From positions 8,060,001 through 8,124,000 of the forward strand of contig OZ059895.1 in assembly GCA_964057225.1 (NCBI GenBank): DNA of 64,000 bases. The letters run 5' to 3'. A model generated the notes under the pieces. The model saw only the letters and a program-made list of their open reading frames with translations. It had not been told where the DNA came from and ran no database searches. The DNA is from Auanema rhodensis. Its lineage: Eukaryota; Animalia; Nematoda. A program made the position numbers and the translations under genes. This document shows positions 25,216 through 39,202 of this stretch, piece after piece (position 1 is the stretch's first letter; each line of letters opens with the position of its first letter).

Positions 25216-27568
25216 AACAAAAGAAAAAAGAAATACTGAAAGGTACATACCCCGTAATAACTAGTTCTTGAAATCCCGTAGCACATTCCCGTCCAACACC
25301 GCCATTTACAGGCCATTGCTGTAAAGCATAAAGTAAATATAAAAACGGACTTATATCTAATTAAGGATAATGGTCATTAGTAGGAACTTACTCTATCGCT
25401 ATAACCTTTTTTACGTTGTTTATATCCAACTAATGTCAAAGCTCCTATTAGATCGGAAGGACAATCTGAATAGTATTGAACGCAAGTTACAGGCGATTCA
25501 TGCAAATCCATCGCATGAGGAGATTCAATACTTGGATAGCTGAAGCCATTATCATTATATGAATAATATACATTTATTAATCTTACCCCGGGGTTTGCAA
25601 GTCAATAATCATGAGATCGTTTTTAAGAAGAACTGCTACTGCATGAGGTTGTTGAGGAGAAGAATTATAAGGCACCTAGAAAATAAACTCTTTCTTAGTT
25701 GAGATTATTACAAAAAATACTTGTTGTAAGGTCACAAAGGACATAATAGGATGCTCCATCTCCATTACAGTAGCTAGTCGTGAAGCTTTCAGAATTGTTA
25801 GTGCCGGTACAGGTAGCCCATCATCTGTTGGCATTCCTTAAAGTTCAGAACTGTTTACTGAAATTCAGTCAGCAGGAGACAAACCTCCAGAAAACACAAC
25901 AACTTGTTCATTTTCACCAGTATGTTTCCAATCTATCAAAGGAATTGGTCGACAAACACCTTGACCATGTGGAAATGACTAAAGATTAATCCATATGATG
26001 AATTGTGAATGAAAAACAGTAACATACTTTTTGTAATGGCTCGGAAGTTTTTTTCATATTAAAAACAGAAACTGATCCATCAACATTTCCAGTCATCACT
26101 TGCTTGCCATCATAATGCCAACTACAAAATAATAATAAAAACTTTAAACTTCAAAACACAAAAAAAAGTTTTTAAACAAATATGTAGCTATCAAAGATTT
26201 TGCACTTACCAAACACTTTTGATAGGTGGATCTAATGGAAATCGTTCTACTTCCTTTGTTGCCAAATTCCATTGAATGACAATACCACGCTCGAATGCCA
26301 CCAAAAATTTTGATGGATCAGTAGGGCAAGCGGCAATCTGACGAACTGCACCTGGATGAAGGCGACAACTTCTGTAAGCAAAACTTTAAAAGAAAATAAG
26401 AATATATTCAACATACAAATCTATTGCCTTATTCCAATTAATCACATAAGAGCTAAGTTGAAAAGTTGCAATAGAAACAAAATAAACATTTCCCTTAAAA
26501 AATGAATATACAACGAATATAAAAATAAATGAAATACCTTGACTGTTCCCACATAAAGCCATTTGCTATTCATTGGCAGATGGATTGTTGAAATAACTTC
26601 CTTAGACATTTGTATGCTTAGAACAATTTCCGGAACTTTAAGACGATAATTCCATAAATGGATCATTTCATTGGCACAGGCAGTTATTAAATAACCCTAC
26701 AACAATCTTTAATTCATCAATAAGTTTGTTTAATAAACCTCATTAATCAGAAATTGAATATGATTAACTGCGTGATCGGTTTCATGGCGGAGAATATGAT
26801 CAACACCAACGTCTCCTTAACGATTTCATTAAGAAAACAACTTAATTCATTTCGGTTTTACCTATAATGCGTACAGTCCCATGCCCGGTGCCAATAGCTA
26901 GAAGGCGTTGAACCGGATCATATGCTAGACAACGAGAATCATCCGGAAAACCATAACGGACAACCTGAAGAAAATATTTCTCTAACTATTAATGCTAAAT
27001 GGTTCAAGAGTCATGACTATGTCTTTCAGAGCTTTTAAAATATTTATATGTCTTAGATAATCGTTGAAAAAAAAACGGAAAACGAGTTAAAGTTCAATTT
27101 TGCAGTTTCAAAATGATCATCATTCCTTTTCTCAATATAAAAGATACATATAATATATCCATATATATTGTTGCCAACAATGAAATTCAAAACCATAAAA
27201 TCGCTTTTTAGAGAACAGGACGATTAGATGTGAGAAAATTCAGCGCAGGAATCAAAATGACACAAGTATACAAACGCAAATTGTACAATAAAGATAGCTT
27301 ACAGAAACATCTACAAAGAAAATAATCCAAAAATAAAGAATAAAACTTACTTTATTAAGACAACAGTGCTCTGGGTTTACACGTTCTTCGACGGAGATAT
27401 CCATCTTGCTGTGATTAGAGCGAAAGCCATCAAGGGCTGATGCAAGCCTGGAATAAAGAAAATACTAAAACTCGCACAAATTAGAGACAAATTATATGAA
27501 AAGTATGAAATTTGATACTTTTGTAAGGAATAAAGTTGAATTGCTCACCTTCTTTTGGCTTTATCCAT
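17647..27568 (-). CDS. tom-1: Tomosyn (STXBP5/Lgl family: WD40 propellers plus C-terminal R-SNARE motif)
   Basis: About 27 exons join in frame: MDKAKRRLASALDGFR.., VVRYGFPDDSRCLAYDPVQRLLAIGTG, QFLINEG, HPGAVRQIAACP, ITGHKDGSLRFW, and the R-SNARE end NLNERTDKLNAVVDSTENLKNSAMNMASRSNKLVEKFEKKKWYNF*. Confidence 0.96.
18740..18786 (-). CDS. tom-1: Candidate internal first coding exon of a short (SNARE-only) tomosyn isoform
   Basis: ATG TTT ATG AAT TGG..TGT ATG GG|GTATGT; the phase 2 end matches the acceptor at 18620. Confidence 0.5.
20583..20612 (-). CDS. tom-1: 30-nt tomosyn cassette microexon (xRVKAIRYDKG)
   Basis: atatttag|CGCGTGTGAAAGCCATACGATATGATAAAG|gtatgt, phase 1-1, no stop. Confidence 0.55.
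21079..21090 (-). CDS. tom-1: 12-nt tomosyn microexon (ALED)
   Basis: tttttcag|CTTTAGAAGACA|gtaagt: perfect acceptor and donor, phase 1-1. Confidence 0.7.
22132..22270 (-). CDS. tom-1: Tomosyn alternative exon B (hypervariable region)
   Basis: tttcag|SPGCLSEPRNNLIRLNTDTRQKSLDKRPLLFKAQSVIEQHSNGSPR G|gtacaa, phase 0 to 1. Confidence 0.7.
22941..23280 (-). CDS. tom-1: Tomosyn alternative exon A (hypervariable region)
   Basis: ctttag|EEEVNSDLLDVNYQPMSKSPSTKSRGG..HVVEEE G|gtttgt, phase 0 to 1, Ser/Arg-rich. Confidence 0.75.
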
Positions 27569-27669
27569 AGTTTGACTGATCTAATTGGCTTTTATATCTG
27601 ATTTATTTTGATTTAATATAAATAAGATGAGATGTATAACTACTAAGATGTATTCGGCATTACGTTCTA

Positions 27670-27676
27670 CTGAAAA
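27670..27676 (-). promoter_or_regulatory. TTTTCAG acceptor about 100 nt upstream of the tom-1 ATG (trans-splice site or 5'UTR intron acceptor)
   Basis: Consensus nematode 3' splice site with no nearby upstream donor. Confidence 0.45.
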
Positions 27677-30600
27677 AGTGAGAGATAATATAATTATCAG
27701 ATAAGACCACAAGAGAAAATTAAGAGAAAACATAAGCATTGACGAACATGAGCTGAATTCTTAGAGCATATAAAGCTTATAGAGCATTATTGAAATTAAA
27801 AGAACCGGTAAATGAATATTATAAGTACAAGAATAATACAGTTTATGATAGATAGTGATCACATACAATTAATTAAGAAATCGATAATTCATGGTGACGC
27901 CTCTCGTTGGACTATATATAATATTTGCTGAACCTGATATGATTTCAAATGAATAGAGCTAATGCATAACAAGACACTCTCTTAGGAATAAAATTGGCGA
28001 AAGAGAAGAAGAGGGAGTAAGGGAGGGAAGAATTGAAAGAAAAAAGCTGAAATTTTACCATGGAGGGAAATAAATTAGAAAATGAAAAACGAACTTGAAG
28101 GAAAGAAAAGAAGATTCAAATAAGACATTTAGAAGTACGGAAAAAAGCCACAAAAAAAAGGTTGTAGAACAAACACCCATGTTGTTGGAAATCGTTAAAA
28201 TAGGTGAGAAGAACTGAAATATAAATTTGAATATAGAGATGAGATAATAGAAAAGGAAAAGATGAGAGAGCACAAGAGAGTGGGGAGGAGAAATGAGAGA
28301 GGGAATGGAAAATAGATGAAACTTTAACGAGTGCTTTTTAGGATATAAACACTTGCAAGCAGAATTCCGTGCTCTGAACTTCCATATGCATGGGTTGACA
28401 CTATCGATTCTGAAAGCGTCTTTACAAATTAGCCTACAGCCATGTACCAAGATGAGAAACTCATATGTGACCACCAGTAGATCTACGAAGCCAATAACAC
28501 ACACAGGCACATACACACACAAACATACACAACGACAACGATGAGCACGACACGGAAAAGATTTGAACAACGTCCTCATCGCCGTCTAATAATTCTCAAA
28601 CATATAAATAAGAAAAAGGTAAGAATGGGATTTAGAAAAATAAAAAAAACAGAGCATGTTTGCTAAAAAAGGTTTTTGAATACAATAATTGGTGCCATGG
28701 CCAATATGAAGTCCAGCCGATGGATGGACAGGGGAATTTGCAATCACGACACGGCGACTTTGTCATCAACCATCCCACAGAAAGAACAACTAGCCGATGA
28801 ACGCGACGTGGACATTAACAGGTGATGGACACACACAGGACCGAAACGACATGGTATGAATGAAGGTGTCTGATGGTCTGCGTGTATGTGTTGTGTATAT
28901 GTCTCTGTGGTGTATGCATAGATGGGAGAATGCGAGGGAGCTATAGAAGTACAGATATATGAAGAGAGAGAGAAAACTAAAGAAGGTAGTGAGATAGGAA
29001 CGAAATGGGGAGAAATGAACTGAACATCCTCTGGCACAACACTAAGGATTGATAGAAAAAGGAAGCGCCACTAAAGCGGTAAAGATAAGCGAACAAAAAC
29101 ATAAAAAAGGGAAGCATTCATAAAATAAATGAAACGTTTAGAAGTTAAAATTGGTAAATTATGAAAAGACATGGTAGTTTAACAGATTTTCTATTAAAAG
29201 CAAGAAAGAGAGAAAGAACTAAGGGAAGAGCGTGAGGAACTAGACATGATCGAAGAGCAAATAAGTATGTTTGGGATAGAAGCATATACGTCTAGCGCTA
29301 TGTGAGCTGTATTTGAAATTGACGTCGCTCACCACCCTACTCACACTCCCTCCTGACCAGCTCACTAGAACTCACATTCAAAGAGCACTGTTTTACCATC
29401 TCGTCATATACCTATAGAATATAAGAAGGAATGGAAAGATGGATTGAAGTGAACTTCAGTGTACTCAGAAAAGATTGAAGATGATGATAAAGATTTAGTT
29501 CAGAGCAGGAAAGAACTCATATATTAGTTTTCGAGGAAAAGGTTTCAACGATATCACGCTATCGCAGGTGATAAAAGTTTAATAGAGAAAATATTAAACA
29601 TGGCTCACAGGTACACATACACATACATACATACAAATACATCCACCGAAACGTTTTCCAAATAGAGATATTTCGACTACTGTAGCAAAAGCTGAAGACG
29701 TGACCAAAAAGCGAGGGAAAAAAGTTTTTTTCTTTTTTCATTCATTGCCACAACTTTTAATGATGTGAAAAAAAGATTGTCATCATAAAAACGAAGCGGA
29801 GTTTGTGAAAGAAATAGTGGTGGGTCAAAAATTTGAGAAAGCATAGAAACTATTGTTGTATTTGTGAAAAATCGAAGAAAATCCAAGGGAAATCAAGTAT
29901 TCAGATAACTCTTGATAGCCTGGTTTCTTCTTATCTCATCGTTAACTATACACAATCATGAAAAAATATTATTAAGTATTAAGCTCTATGAATATGAAAA
30001 TGGTTGTGTTGATGAGAATGATCGCTAGAATGGGAAGTATTTGTTCTTGCCATCACTACTGATACAGAAAATAGATCAGTAAATGAAAAATAATGATTAT
30101 CGATATTCAGAGAAAGAATTGAAATAAAAAAATTTCAAAAAAAAATACATTTTTAATTTAATTAACTATGTATATGCTAATATTAAAATGATTTGAAGAA
30201 AATAAAACTCAAAATGCGTCAAAGATAGAGAGTTGACCCGTAAATCCATTGGTCAGGCCAACAGGTCTCTAGGTTTTGTGTGGTTTCTTGGTGGTGTCAA
30301 TCGTCCTTAAGTTTCGTGGGTTGGCTAGTTCACGGCTATTAACCGATTGGTGAGTGCTGATTGCAAACGAAATGTTGAATTATGCCGGATAAGAAACATA
30401 GAAAATGTAATCATTACGTATAATTATTATGACTTTTAAGGTATGAAATAATTGATAAATGAGATCAGTAAATCATTAAAATGGAAAAATATATAGATAA
30501 AAGGTAATCTGTTGAAAAGCACATAAAAAAAGTTCAAATACTTGCACAGGTAGTTTGAGTAAGATGGATAGAAATGTCAGAGTTAGAAGGAAGAGTGAAA

Positions 30601-33600
30601 GAGTGAGAGGGAACGAGAGATGACTATGCGTGTACGCGTAATGAAGCCATATCGGGGTGGGGCTGGGGCAGGGCATTAAAAATTGAAAACGGCATCGCAC
30701 AGTGGATGGCCAGAGGCTAAGCTCTGGGAAACGATAACGAAGAAACCGAAATCAGCAGTGCAAAGAAGGTAGATAGATAGATAAATAGATAACTAGTTAG
30801 ATAGATAGACAGACTAGTAGACTGATAGAGAGACAGAAAGGCACAGAGAAATTGAGAGGGAAAACGGGAATGCGTGGGAGAGAGCAGAGCGAGGAAGAGA
30901 AAGAGAGGGAGAGAAAGAGAAAGAGAGAGTTGAGACGGAAGCCGTGCCATATCGGTTGCGCAGTCTGAGCCGTTGACGAAGTACTCGGTAAATGTGATGA
31001 AGGAAAGCAGGCAGTGAACCAGCCACACCAGTCGACAAAAGTAATAGTAGATTAGGTATTAATACGAGAAAATGACAGTTTTGTTTTACATGGCGGAAAA
31101 TAATGAGATGTAAGCTCTTTTCGAGGAATAAAGACTGTTAAACAAGTTTAGTGTCCACAAAGTTGACGGAGACAAAGGATGAAAAGAAGTATTAGTAAGG
31201 TTTAGCATAATGAGCCCTGAGCCAACAGAAAAAGAAAAGAAAAGATGTAGCATTTAGTCTTCACGTGTTGTTGTGTCGTCGTCATTGGCATCGTCTAGTT
31301 TTAGGTTATGCAGTCAAGCTTGTGCTTGAGCTCTAAATGCGATGACAATTGAAAACAACGTGAGTAACGACGTTGACAACGACGGCATCACCGTCGGCAA
31401 TGATGGGCAAGGCCATAAAAAGCGACAGGTCATAATAAGCAATAAGAATAGGAGGAAGAGAAGTAGAAGAAGAGGAGTGAGTGAGAGAGAAAGAGAGAAA
31501 GAGAGAAGGAGAGAGAGAGAGAGAGAGGGAGAGAGAGGGAGAGAGAGAGAGAGAGAGAGGAAAAGAAGTTTAGGTTACGATTGGAGAGAGTTAATAAAAG
31601 AGTCAAAGAATAAAGGATCAATAGAACAAATAGGAGAATCTAATTGATATACATAGATAAAATGTGAAAAAAATGAGAGGTAGCATGTGAGGGAATGAGG
31701 AATACGAGAAAAGTTGGAAGGATTATTTCCATATAAAGAAGCAAATACACAGCTTGTGCTATTGGCTAGCCCCATCCAGCTATGCCACAACGGCCACAAC
31801 GACGACCACCATATACACACACACACTTGCATTTTCTTTTTCTCTTCTAGTCCTTTCTTCTCTCTATTTCTCTCCCTCTCTCCTATTTAGCCCTCTCTTT
31901 TCCTTCTTGCGCGCTCGTGTTTTCTCTAGTTCTCATACATTCTGCCGGTGCAAGACCTTCCACTACTTTCTCTCCGTTTTCCTCAACCATGGATGCCAAT
32001 GTTTGAGAATGTATGTAGTGTATGTGTATGTAGCAGCTTTTAGGGGCTATGAAGCATATTCCCTCCTCTCTCTCTTCCTCTCTAAAATTTCTGCCAAACA
32101 TAGTTTGTCTTTTTCAAAAATGCACTCATGCTGCTTCATGCCGCTGCATGATGATGCCCCAGAAGAGATAAGCTCCTCGTATGTTAGAGCAAAGAAAAAA
32201 AAACAAAAAAAAATTAGCAAAATGTAAGATTTTGAGGGGCCTGCCCATACACATCATAGTAAGCTTTGCCAAAGTTATATAACTAATCAGCCCTATGCAT
32301 TTGCCCAAATTCACACGACGTACATAAATGTCCCAGTTTTGCTGTTGAAGAGGGAAGGAAAAAGTAGAAAAACGAGAAGAATGAATAGAATAATAGGAGA
32401 ATCACAATAATAGAAAAAGAACAAATCAAAAAAAAATTAAAAACTAAATTGAAAGAAAAAAAACAAGAAATACCTGATATCAATTGATATGAAGGGGGCG
32501 GCAACATTGGAAACAGAAATACATATATAACCAAAGAGAGAGAGAGAGAGAAGGAGAAAGAAAATGAGAGGTGTGTGGATGAAGAAGAGGAGGAGTTGAA
32601 GAAGAAGAGAGAGAAGCCGAAGATGGAAGATGGAAGAGGAAAATAAAATAAATTAAATTGCCGGCAACATCTAAAAAACATAATTAGAAGACTAAGAGAG
32701 GAAAGACAAACCGCTCATCGGACATGCGAAACTCAAAAATAAAAAAACCTTTGTAATTGACTGACCGCTGATGACGCGACACGTGAAAACGATAGTCAAC
32801 GTTCATACGATTTAAGCAAAAAATCAATGAAATAAGCTACATTTAAAGCCTTTTATATGGACAAATTCTTTTCTTACAATATGCGTGGTGGTCTCTCCTT
32901 ATTTTACAGACAGATTCTAAATCTCTGAGGGTCGGCTCACAAACGTGAACAACGCATGAAAGAACGGATTGAAGCCGTTTTACTAAGAAGAAAGCGAAAA
33001 ATAGCAAAAAAAAGAATTGAATACGAAAGAAAGAAAACCTTTGGTTAAGAAAAAAAATTTTTTTTTAACTTGTTGTCGAAGCTGTCGTGTGCCTCTCGTT
33101 GTGGTTGAGGTTGCGTTTTGCTGCCGTCGTCATCGCTGTACATGAATTGTTTAAAAATTATATGCTTGAATATTGGAAATAGGCTGGAAGGATTAGATTC
33201 AGAAGAGAAGATTGTTCTTGATTTTCATTAATTTGTTTTGTTTCTTGAAAATGTGATGAAGGAACAGCAATGATTGTAAAAGGTGGTCAGCACGACACAG
33301 CTGTTAATGGCAAAACCAGTCAGCCGACATGAAAGGCAAGAAAATAAAATGGTGAAGCTTGAGCAAGAATAATCATCAGATAACATATCTCATGTCAAAT
33401 GGTCGAAATTAAGAAAAACGAAATTTGACACACCAAGTTCGGTAGCTAATGCTACATTGGCAGGTTTCTCTTTCTAATTTCAAAAGCATTCCATGAAAGA
33501 ATAAAATTGGGAATAGTTTAATGTCAATCTCAGGGGTCTAAACGATCATATTTCATAGGATGAGGCTTTCTAGCTTTTTAGCGTACACATGCCTGCATAC

Positions 33601-34130
33601 ACAGACACAGACACACATACACATACACACACACAAACATAACTAAAATTTAAAAGAGGAAAGGAAAAAATGCAATTTTTTGACAGGATTTACAATTTTC
33701 TGAAGATGGACTAGTAGTCGCTGTCGTTTGTCATAGCTTGCCATAAGTAGTATGACAAGTTTTCTGTCAACATATCTAGAAGAAAAAAAAAGTTAAGGAT
33801 TATATCTTTAACATATAATAAAAGATTGAAACATACATATAAATTGATAATTAAATATATCAAACGAAAAAGAAAACGAATATAGAATTATAGAAACTAT
33901 AAGATGAATTGTAGTTTAATCATCAAAAACATATTTTCAAATTTAAATATAAATTCATTTGTTATTTCTTTAAAAGTTAGGTTAGCTTTAAGCTTTCTTC
34001 AATAATAATATTCTTTTCATTTTTGGTTTTTTCCGGAACTTGAAGTGAGAAGGTTTTGTTCAAGGTGGTAATATGTATAAGTATGTGTATGTATAGAAGG
34101 TGCAAAACATTCCTAGTTACTTTTCTCTTT

Positions 34131-34169
<39 letters not shown>

Positions 34170-36430
34170 ATGTATATATGGATGTGTGTACTAAATTGTC
34201 TTGTTTTTGTTTACATCACTTCCCGTTGATGCTTGAATTTAGTTTCCATTGAATATAAATCTTTTAAATAAAACCTAAAATGCTGACAAAAAGAGAGAGA
34301 CATCCACGAGAATTAGTGAATCCGGCGATTGAAAAAGAAAATAAAGAAAGAAGATAGAGAGAGATAGAGAGAGAAAAGAAGAGAGAGAGAGACATAGAGA
34401 GGGTTTGAGGCGTACGAAGGAACATGTAAGGGTGGCAGAAGATGAGAAAGAGGAAACATTTAAAAGGAAACGATGATATTTGATGGGGTCAGACAGATTC
34501 GAAAAATTAAATTTTCTCAACATTTTCGGAAAGAAATAAAGATTTCTGTAGCTATTCAACTACATTTGGTAGAAAAAGAAGATGCAGTTGTTTAGAGAAG
34601 GAACTATTGGTTGAGCAGTATGACAATGAACAAAGTTTTAGAAAATTATAAGAAGGTATATAATGAAATAGTATGTGATTGGTAAATTAGTATCAAATAT
34701 TTCTAACTAAATACTGTTTATTATGTTTTTGGTGTAAAATATTATTTTGGCTGAATATAATAAACAAAAAAGACAATAAATGGAAGACTATATGAAACCA
34801 CTAATAGTAATGCTAGAAGTAGGCAAAGATAAATCAGATTGAAGCTGAAATAGCTGCCGGCAATATGAGGAGCTTACTGGAAAGAGATTGTTCGAGTTTT
34901 TCTTGTCATTGTGGGCTTCTGAATGGATAGACAGCTGAACAACTTGTGGGCAGTAGAATCAGTTGATGGGAATGACATTGGTGTACCAGCTTAAATCTAG
35001 AGACGAGTAAAAGAACCAAGCAGAAGCTGTAGAAGAGGATAAAAGAAGGGGCTGGTAGTAAAAGAGGGAAGGAGAGGTAAGCTGAAGAGAGAGAGAGAAC
35101 ATAGCCAAGAATGGGTTGTGGAAAGATGGTGAAGATGTGCTATTTAGTCACGAGATTACTGATTGATATGTTCCTCATTACAACACATTTTTCATAATTT
35201 ATACTTCTTTCAAAGTCGAGATTAATGATGAAATTTTGAAAAAAAAAACAAGTGAAAACAAAAGAAATTCATTTTTTTTTTCAAAAAAAAAAGGAAAAAA
35301 CAAGGATATTGATTAAGAAATAAACAATAAACATAATACATATCATATATACGTACATATGTATAATAGCAATGATTGAAGTACTTTTATGTAATGCCTT
35401 TTCAGTTTTTTTTTTGTTTTTCTCTTCAACTTTACTCTCATTCAATATGAAATGATCATTTATATCTTCTCACGTTATTGTCTTATTCATCATCATCATT
35501 CTGAAGAGAGCATCATCCTTCCTTCATGATATACGAATGAACTACATATACGAGCTTTATCCATAACTTGTCGTCGTCAACATCATTTTTCTGATGCATT
35601 ACATCAGATGACATTCTATAGACCATAGTAATGATTGTTGTCAATCTGGTCAAAATTCAGACAGGAAAAGCGACATGCATCGAGCATTGGTGATCGACAT
35701 GACATAGTGTAGAAGGAAAGTAAAAAAAAAGTTGTTTTCCTCCATGTCACGGAAGACTACAAGTTACCTTATTTTCTTCCAATTCTTCGTTCCTTTTTTC
35801 ATTTTCTTCCCATTTTCTTCCCATTTTTTCCTGTATTTTTTTTTAGTCTTTTTAATTTTTTTTCGGGAAGAAAAGAAGTTTTTTTTTGGCATAATGAGGT
35901 TAAACCGGAGAAAGAAGCTGTTACGTAGGTATATACCAGCATGATTGAAGTAAAAGTTCGAGAGAAAAAAAACAATAGCTTAGTACTATAACTTAGATGA
36001 AAATAAAAAATTAAAATAATGGTATTTGAAAGTAATGAGAAAATAACTAATACAGGAAGTAAAATAAGATTGTAGTATTTTTTGTAATTTACTTAAGAAA
36101 TGAGATAAAAAAAATTAAAGGAAATGAAGTTATCTAGGAAGATGAGATGTAGAGAGGGAGGAGGGGAGATGAAGAGAGTTGTATTGGGAGCCTAATACCA
36201 ATGTGTTCATTCAAAGAGAACAGAAATTTTTACTTTTTTTTCAGGGAAAAATCGACAAACTTTTTCTTCCAAATTTTATCTAGTTTTTTCCATTTTCGGC
36301 TTTTTTTCCCGATAGATTGGATTTCGAATGAATCTATCGAGTTAAATATCCATAAACAGTTAACGAACAAGCTGCCAATCAGATTAAATGAGGTTAAAAG
36401 AGAGGGAGAGAAGTAGTTAGATAGATACAT

Positions 36431-36431
<1 letters not shown>

Positions 36432-36479
<48 letters not shown>
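36432..36479. repeat. (AG)n microsatellite
   Basis: Direct reading. Confidence 0.9.
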
Positions 36480-36486
<7 letters not shown>

Positions 36487-38777
36487 GGAATAACTGACTG
36501 ATCTTTGGAGTAAAGGCTATTAGAGGTTGAAGCTGTCTTATTCTCGTTCACCAAAAAAAGCTTAAATGTGATAGTCTTCTACAGATATAGATGCGAGCTT
36601 AACAGCTTGACAAGCTCAGATTAAGGAATGTCCAGAATGTGAATATGAATTATGAGAATAGTAATGACAGAGAGAGCAAATCAAGAGAAAAAGAGAGAAG
36701 GTAGGCTAAGCCAAATGCGTGAAAAAGCATTAAGCCTCCCATATGCAGCTAAATGTTATTATTTCGTCAGTAGAAAAAAATAGGATGAGAAGCTGGCCGG
36801 CAGCAGCACACATACATACACAGTTATTTGGGATCAAACGAAAGTGGAGGCGGAAGACTCAACATGTTCCGGGGGTAGTTCATCTTCTTTTTCCGGTCTT
36901 TATCGGACCGGATATCAATTAAGAGAGTCGTGGCAGGGCCGGACGAAACAGAGGAAGAGTCTGAGGAAGTCAGAAGAAGTATACTTATACTTATGAGGAT
37001 GAGGTTTTTTTGCTTTTTTGCGTTCAAACCCAAAGTATAGTTAGGAGCAAGATGACGGAGAAGATAAAAAAAATTTTTTTTTCTATTCTCCACACTCAAA
37101 GAGAGTGAGAGGATGGTAATAGAGAGGATATCGAATTCTCGAACGTTGTTTATCTATTCGGAATTTTTGGAAGGAGAGAAAGGTTACGAGCAGGTTAGCA
37201 AGCTTTTTATATGAATATTCAAAACATTTTTGATAAAATAACATGAAAAAGGGAAATAAAAAATGAAAAGATTTAATTTTTTTTCCTTTGCTTTGAAGTA
37301 GACTGATGGCATGAGAGTTAAGATTTGTATTCAAATCTAATTATACGTGTTAACTATACATCTCTGTGAATATAATTGAATATAATACATAAAGAAGTAC
37401 ACGGCTGATATAAAATAGAACGTGAAATTGAAAGAAAAAAAAAGTAGAAGCATAAGAAGGGTAAAGCTGGAAGATGAATGTGTTGTGTTGGCTGGTCGGC
37501 TTGGTCTAGTCTATCGTTTGGATGTTGGATGACGTTGTAGAAGAATAGAAAACAAGTAACTTCATTAGGTGATATACAGGTTAAATATGTATACTATGTT
37601 GAATATATGTATATTCGTATATACATTTAAGATAAGATGTATATTCTATAAAATATAATATGAATATGGATGAGTTAAAGCTTTATCTTTATAGATAGAT
37701 GTATTTCATTTGAAAAAAAAAAGAAAAATGATGATGTTAAATAAGGCTAATGAATTCAAAGTATAATCATTCAACTAACTATACATAGTATCTATCAATG
37801 TTGTTATGTTTAATGAAACGATTGAGGAAATCATTGAGTATGTTGCCTAAAAGGAAGAAAAGGAAACACTTAAATTTTCAAAATCCATAAAATATTGCAA
37901 AAAAAAAAGAAAAGAAAAAAGGAAATTAAAAGGTTTTAAGCTCGAAAAGAGCTTGTTGGGTAGACGTAGCAGAGAGAATGAAGAGGCAGGCTGTGGGGTT
38001 GTTGCTAGTGGTAGGGAGGGAGAGATAAAGAGAAAAATGGAAAAAGAAAAAGCGAATGAGAGGGAATAAAGAGAGAGGAAAATGAAAGGAGAGAGGGAAA
38101 GAGAGAGAGAAAGAGAGAGATGGATAGCTGAAGCTGGCCCTAGCAGTGCGTATTGGACTAGGAGAACTGGTGGGGCTATATGTATGTGCATGAGTGTATG
38201 ATAGAGAGAAAGACAGGGAAAGAGGGAAGATGAAACAGAGATTGTATCAGATATGGAGAGTGAAACAGAGAAAAAGAGAAAATAAGAGAGAGAGAGGGAT
38301 GAGGATGAAGGAAGGGGAGTAATTGAAAAGGAGAAAACAAGACTAAAATGGAAAGTGTGTAGAGAGAAGCAGACAACAAGCTGCTCACGTATTGATCCTA
38401 AAAGCAACGACGAAACAAGCGGAGAGTGAAAAGAAAAAAGAGCAAAACTAAAGCAGATGAGACTTCAAGAAATTCAAAAGAGACGAAAAGATGAAGGAAA
38501 ATAGGCATAGGATGTGGAGCCTAATATGCCCTGGTAGTATTATTCTTTTTCTCTTTCTCTCTATCTCCCTCGATGTCATTTGACAATATTTCTATTTCTA
38601 TTTCTCTTTTTCTTAATTTCTCTTTTTCTCCACCATTTCCCAACTATTTTCGTTCTTTTTGATCCACGTCCAGTCATGCTGCCTTCATCCAGGAGCAGTC
38701 CTTTCCCAGAGAGGAGAGAAAGAGAGAGCTCACACAGATATTTCGATATATGGATATACATATGTACATATGTGTCA

Positions 38778-38780
<3 letters not shown>

Positions 38781-38824
<44 letters not shown>

Positions 38825-38833
38825 TCTCTCTCT
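38781..38833. repeat. (TC)n microsatellite
   Basis: Direct reading. Confidence 0.9.
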
Positions 38834-39037
38834 TTCTTTTCTATTCTCTTGTTGTCGAATCTTGCAATGTTCCTAGTTTTTCTATCTTTTTGGCTATCTT
38901 GCCTACTATTTTATTTTCATTTTCATCCCTGATCTCTTTTTTTAAAATAGACCTGAATATACATATTATATATCATAACTTTGGTACTGTTAACAAAAAA
39001 AAATCGAATGATAAAGGAAAATAGAAGAGAGAGGGAT

Positions 39038-39202
<165 letters not shown>

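Noticed and set aside
28697-28825. 42-codon plus-strand ORF MANMKSSRW..
   Set aside because: No recognisable homology or partner exons; more likely GC-rich regulatory DNA upstream of tom-1
32768-32810. Hammerhead-like CTGATGA..GAAA..TTC
   Set aside because: Stem II closing pair mismatched and no stem I complement
36926-36965. GTC..GACGAAAC hammerhead-like fragment
   Set aside because: No CUGANGA core and no NUH cleavage site
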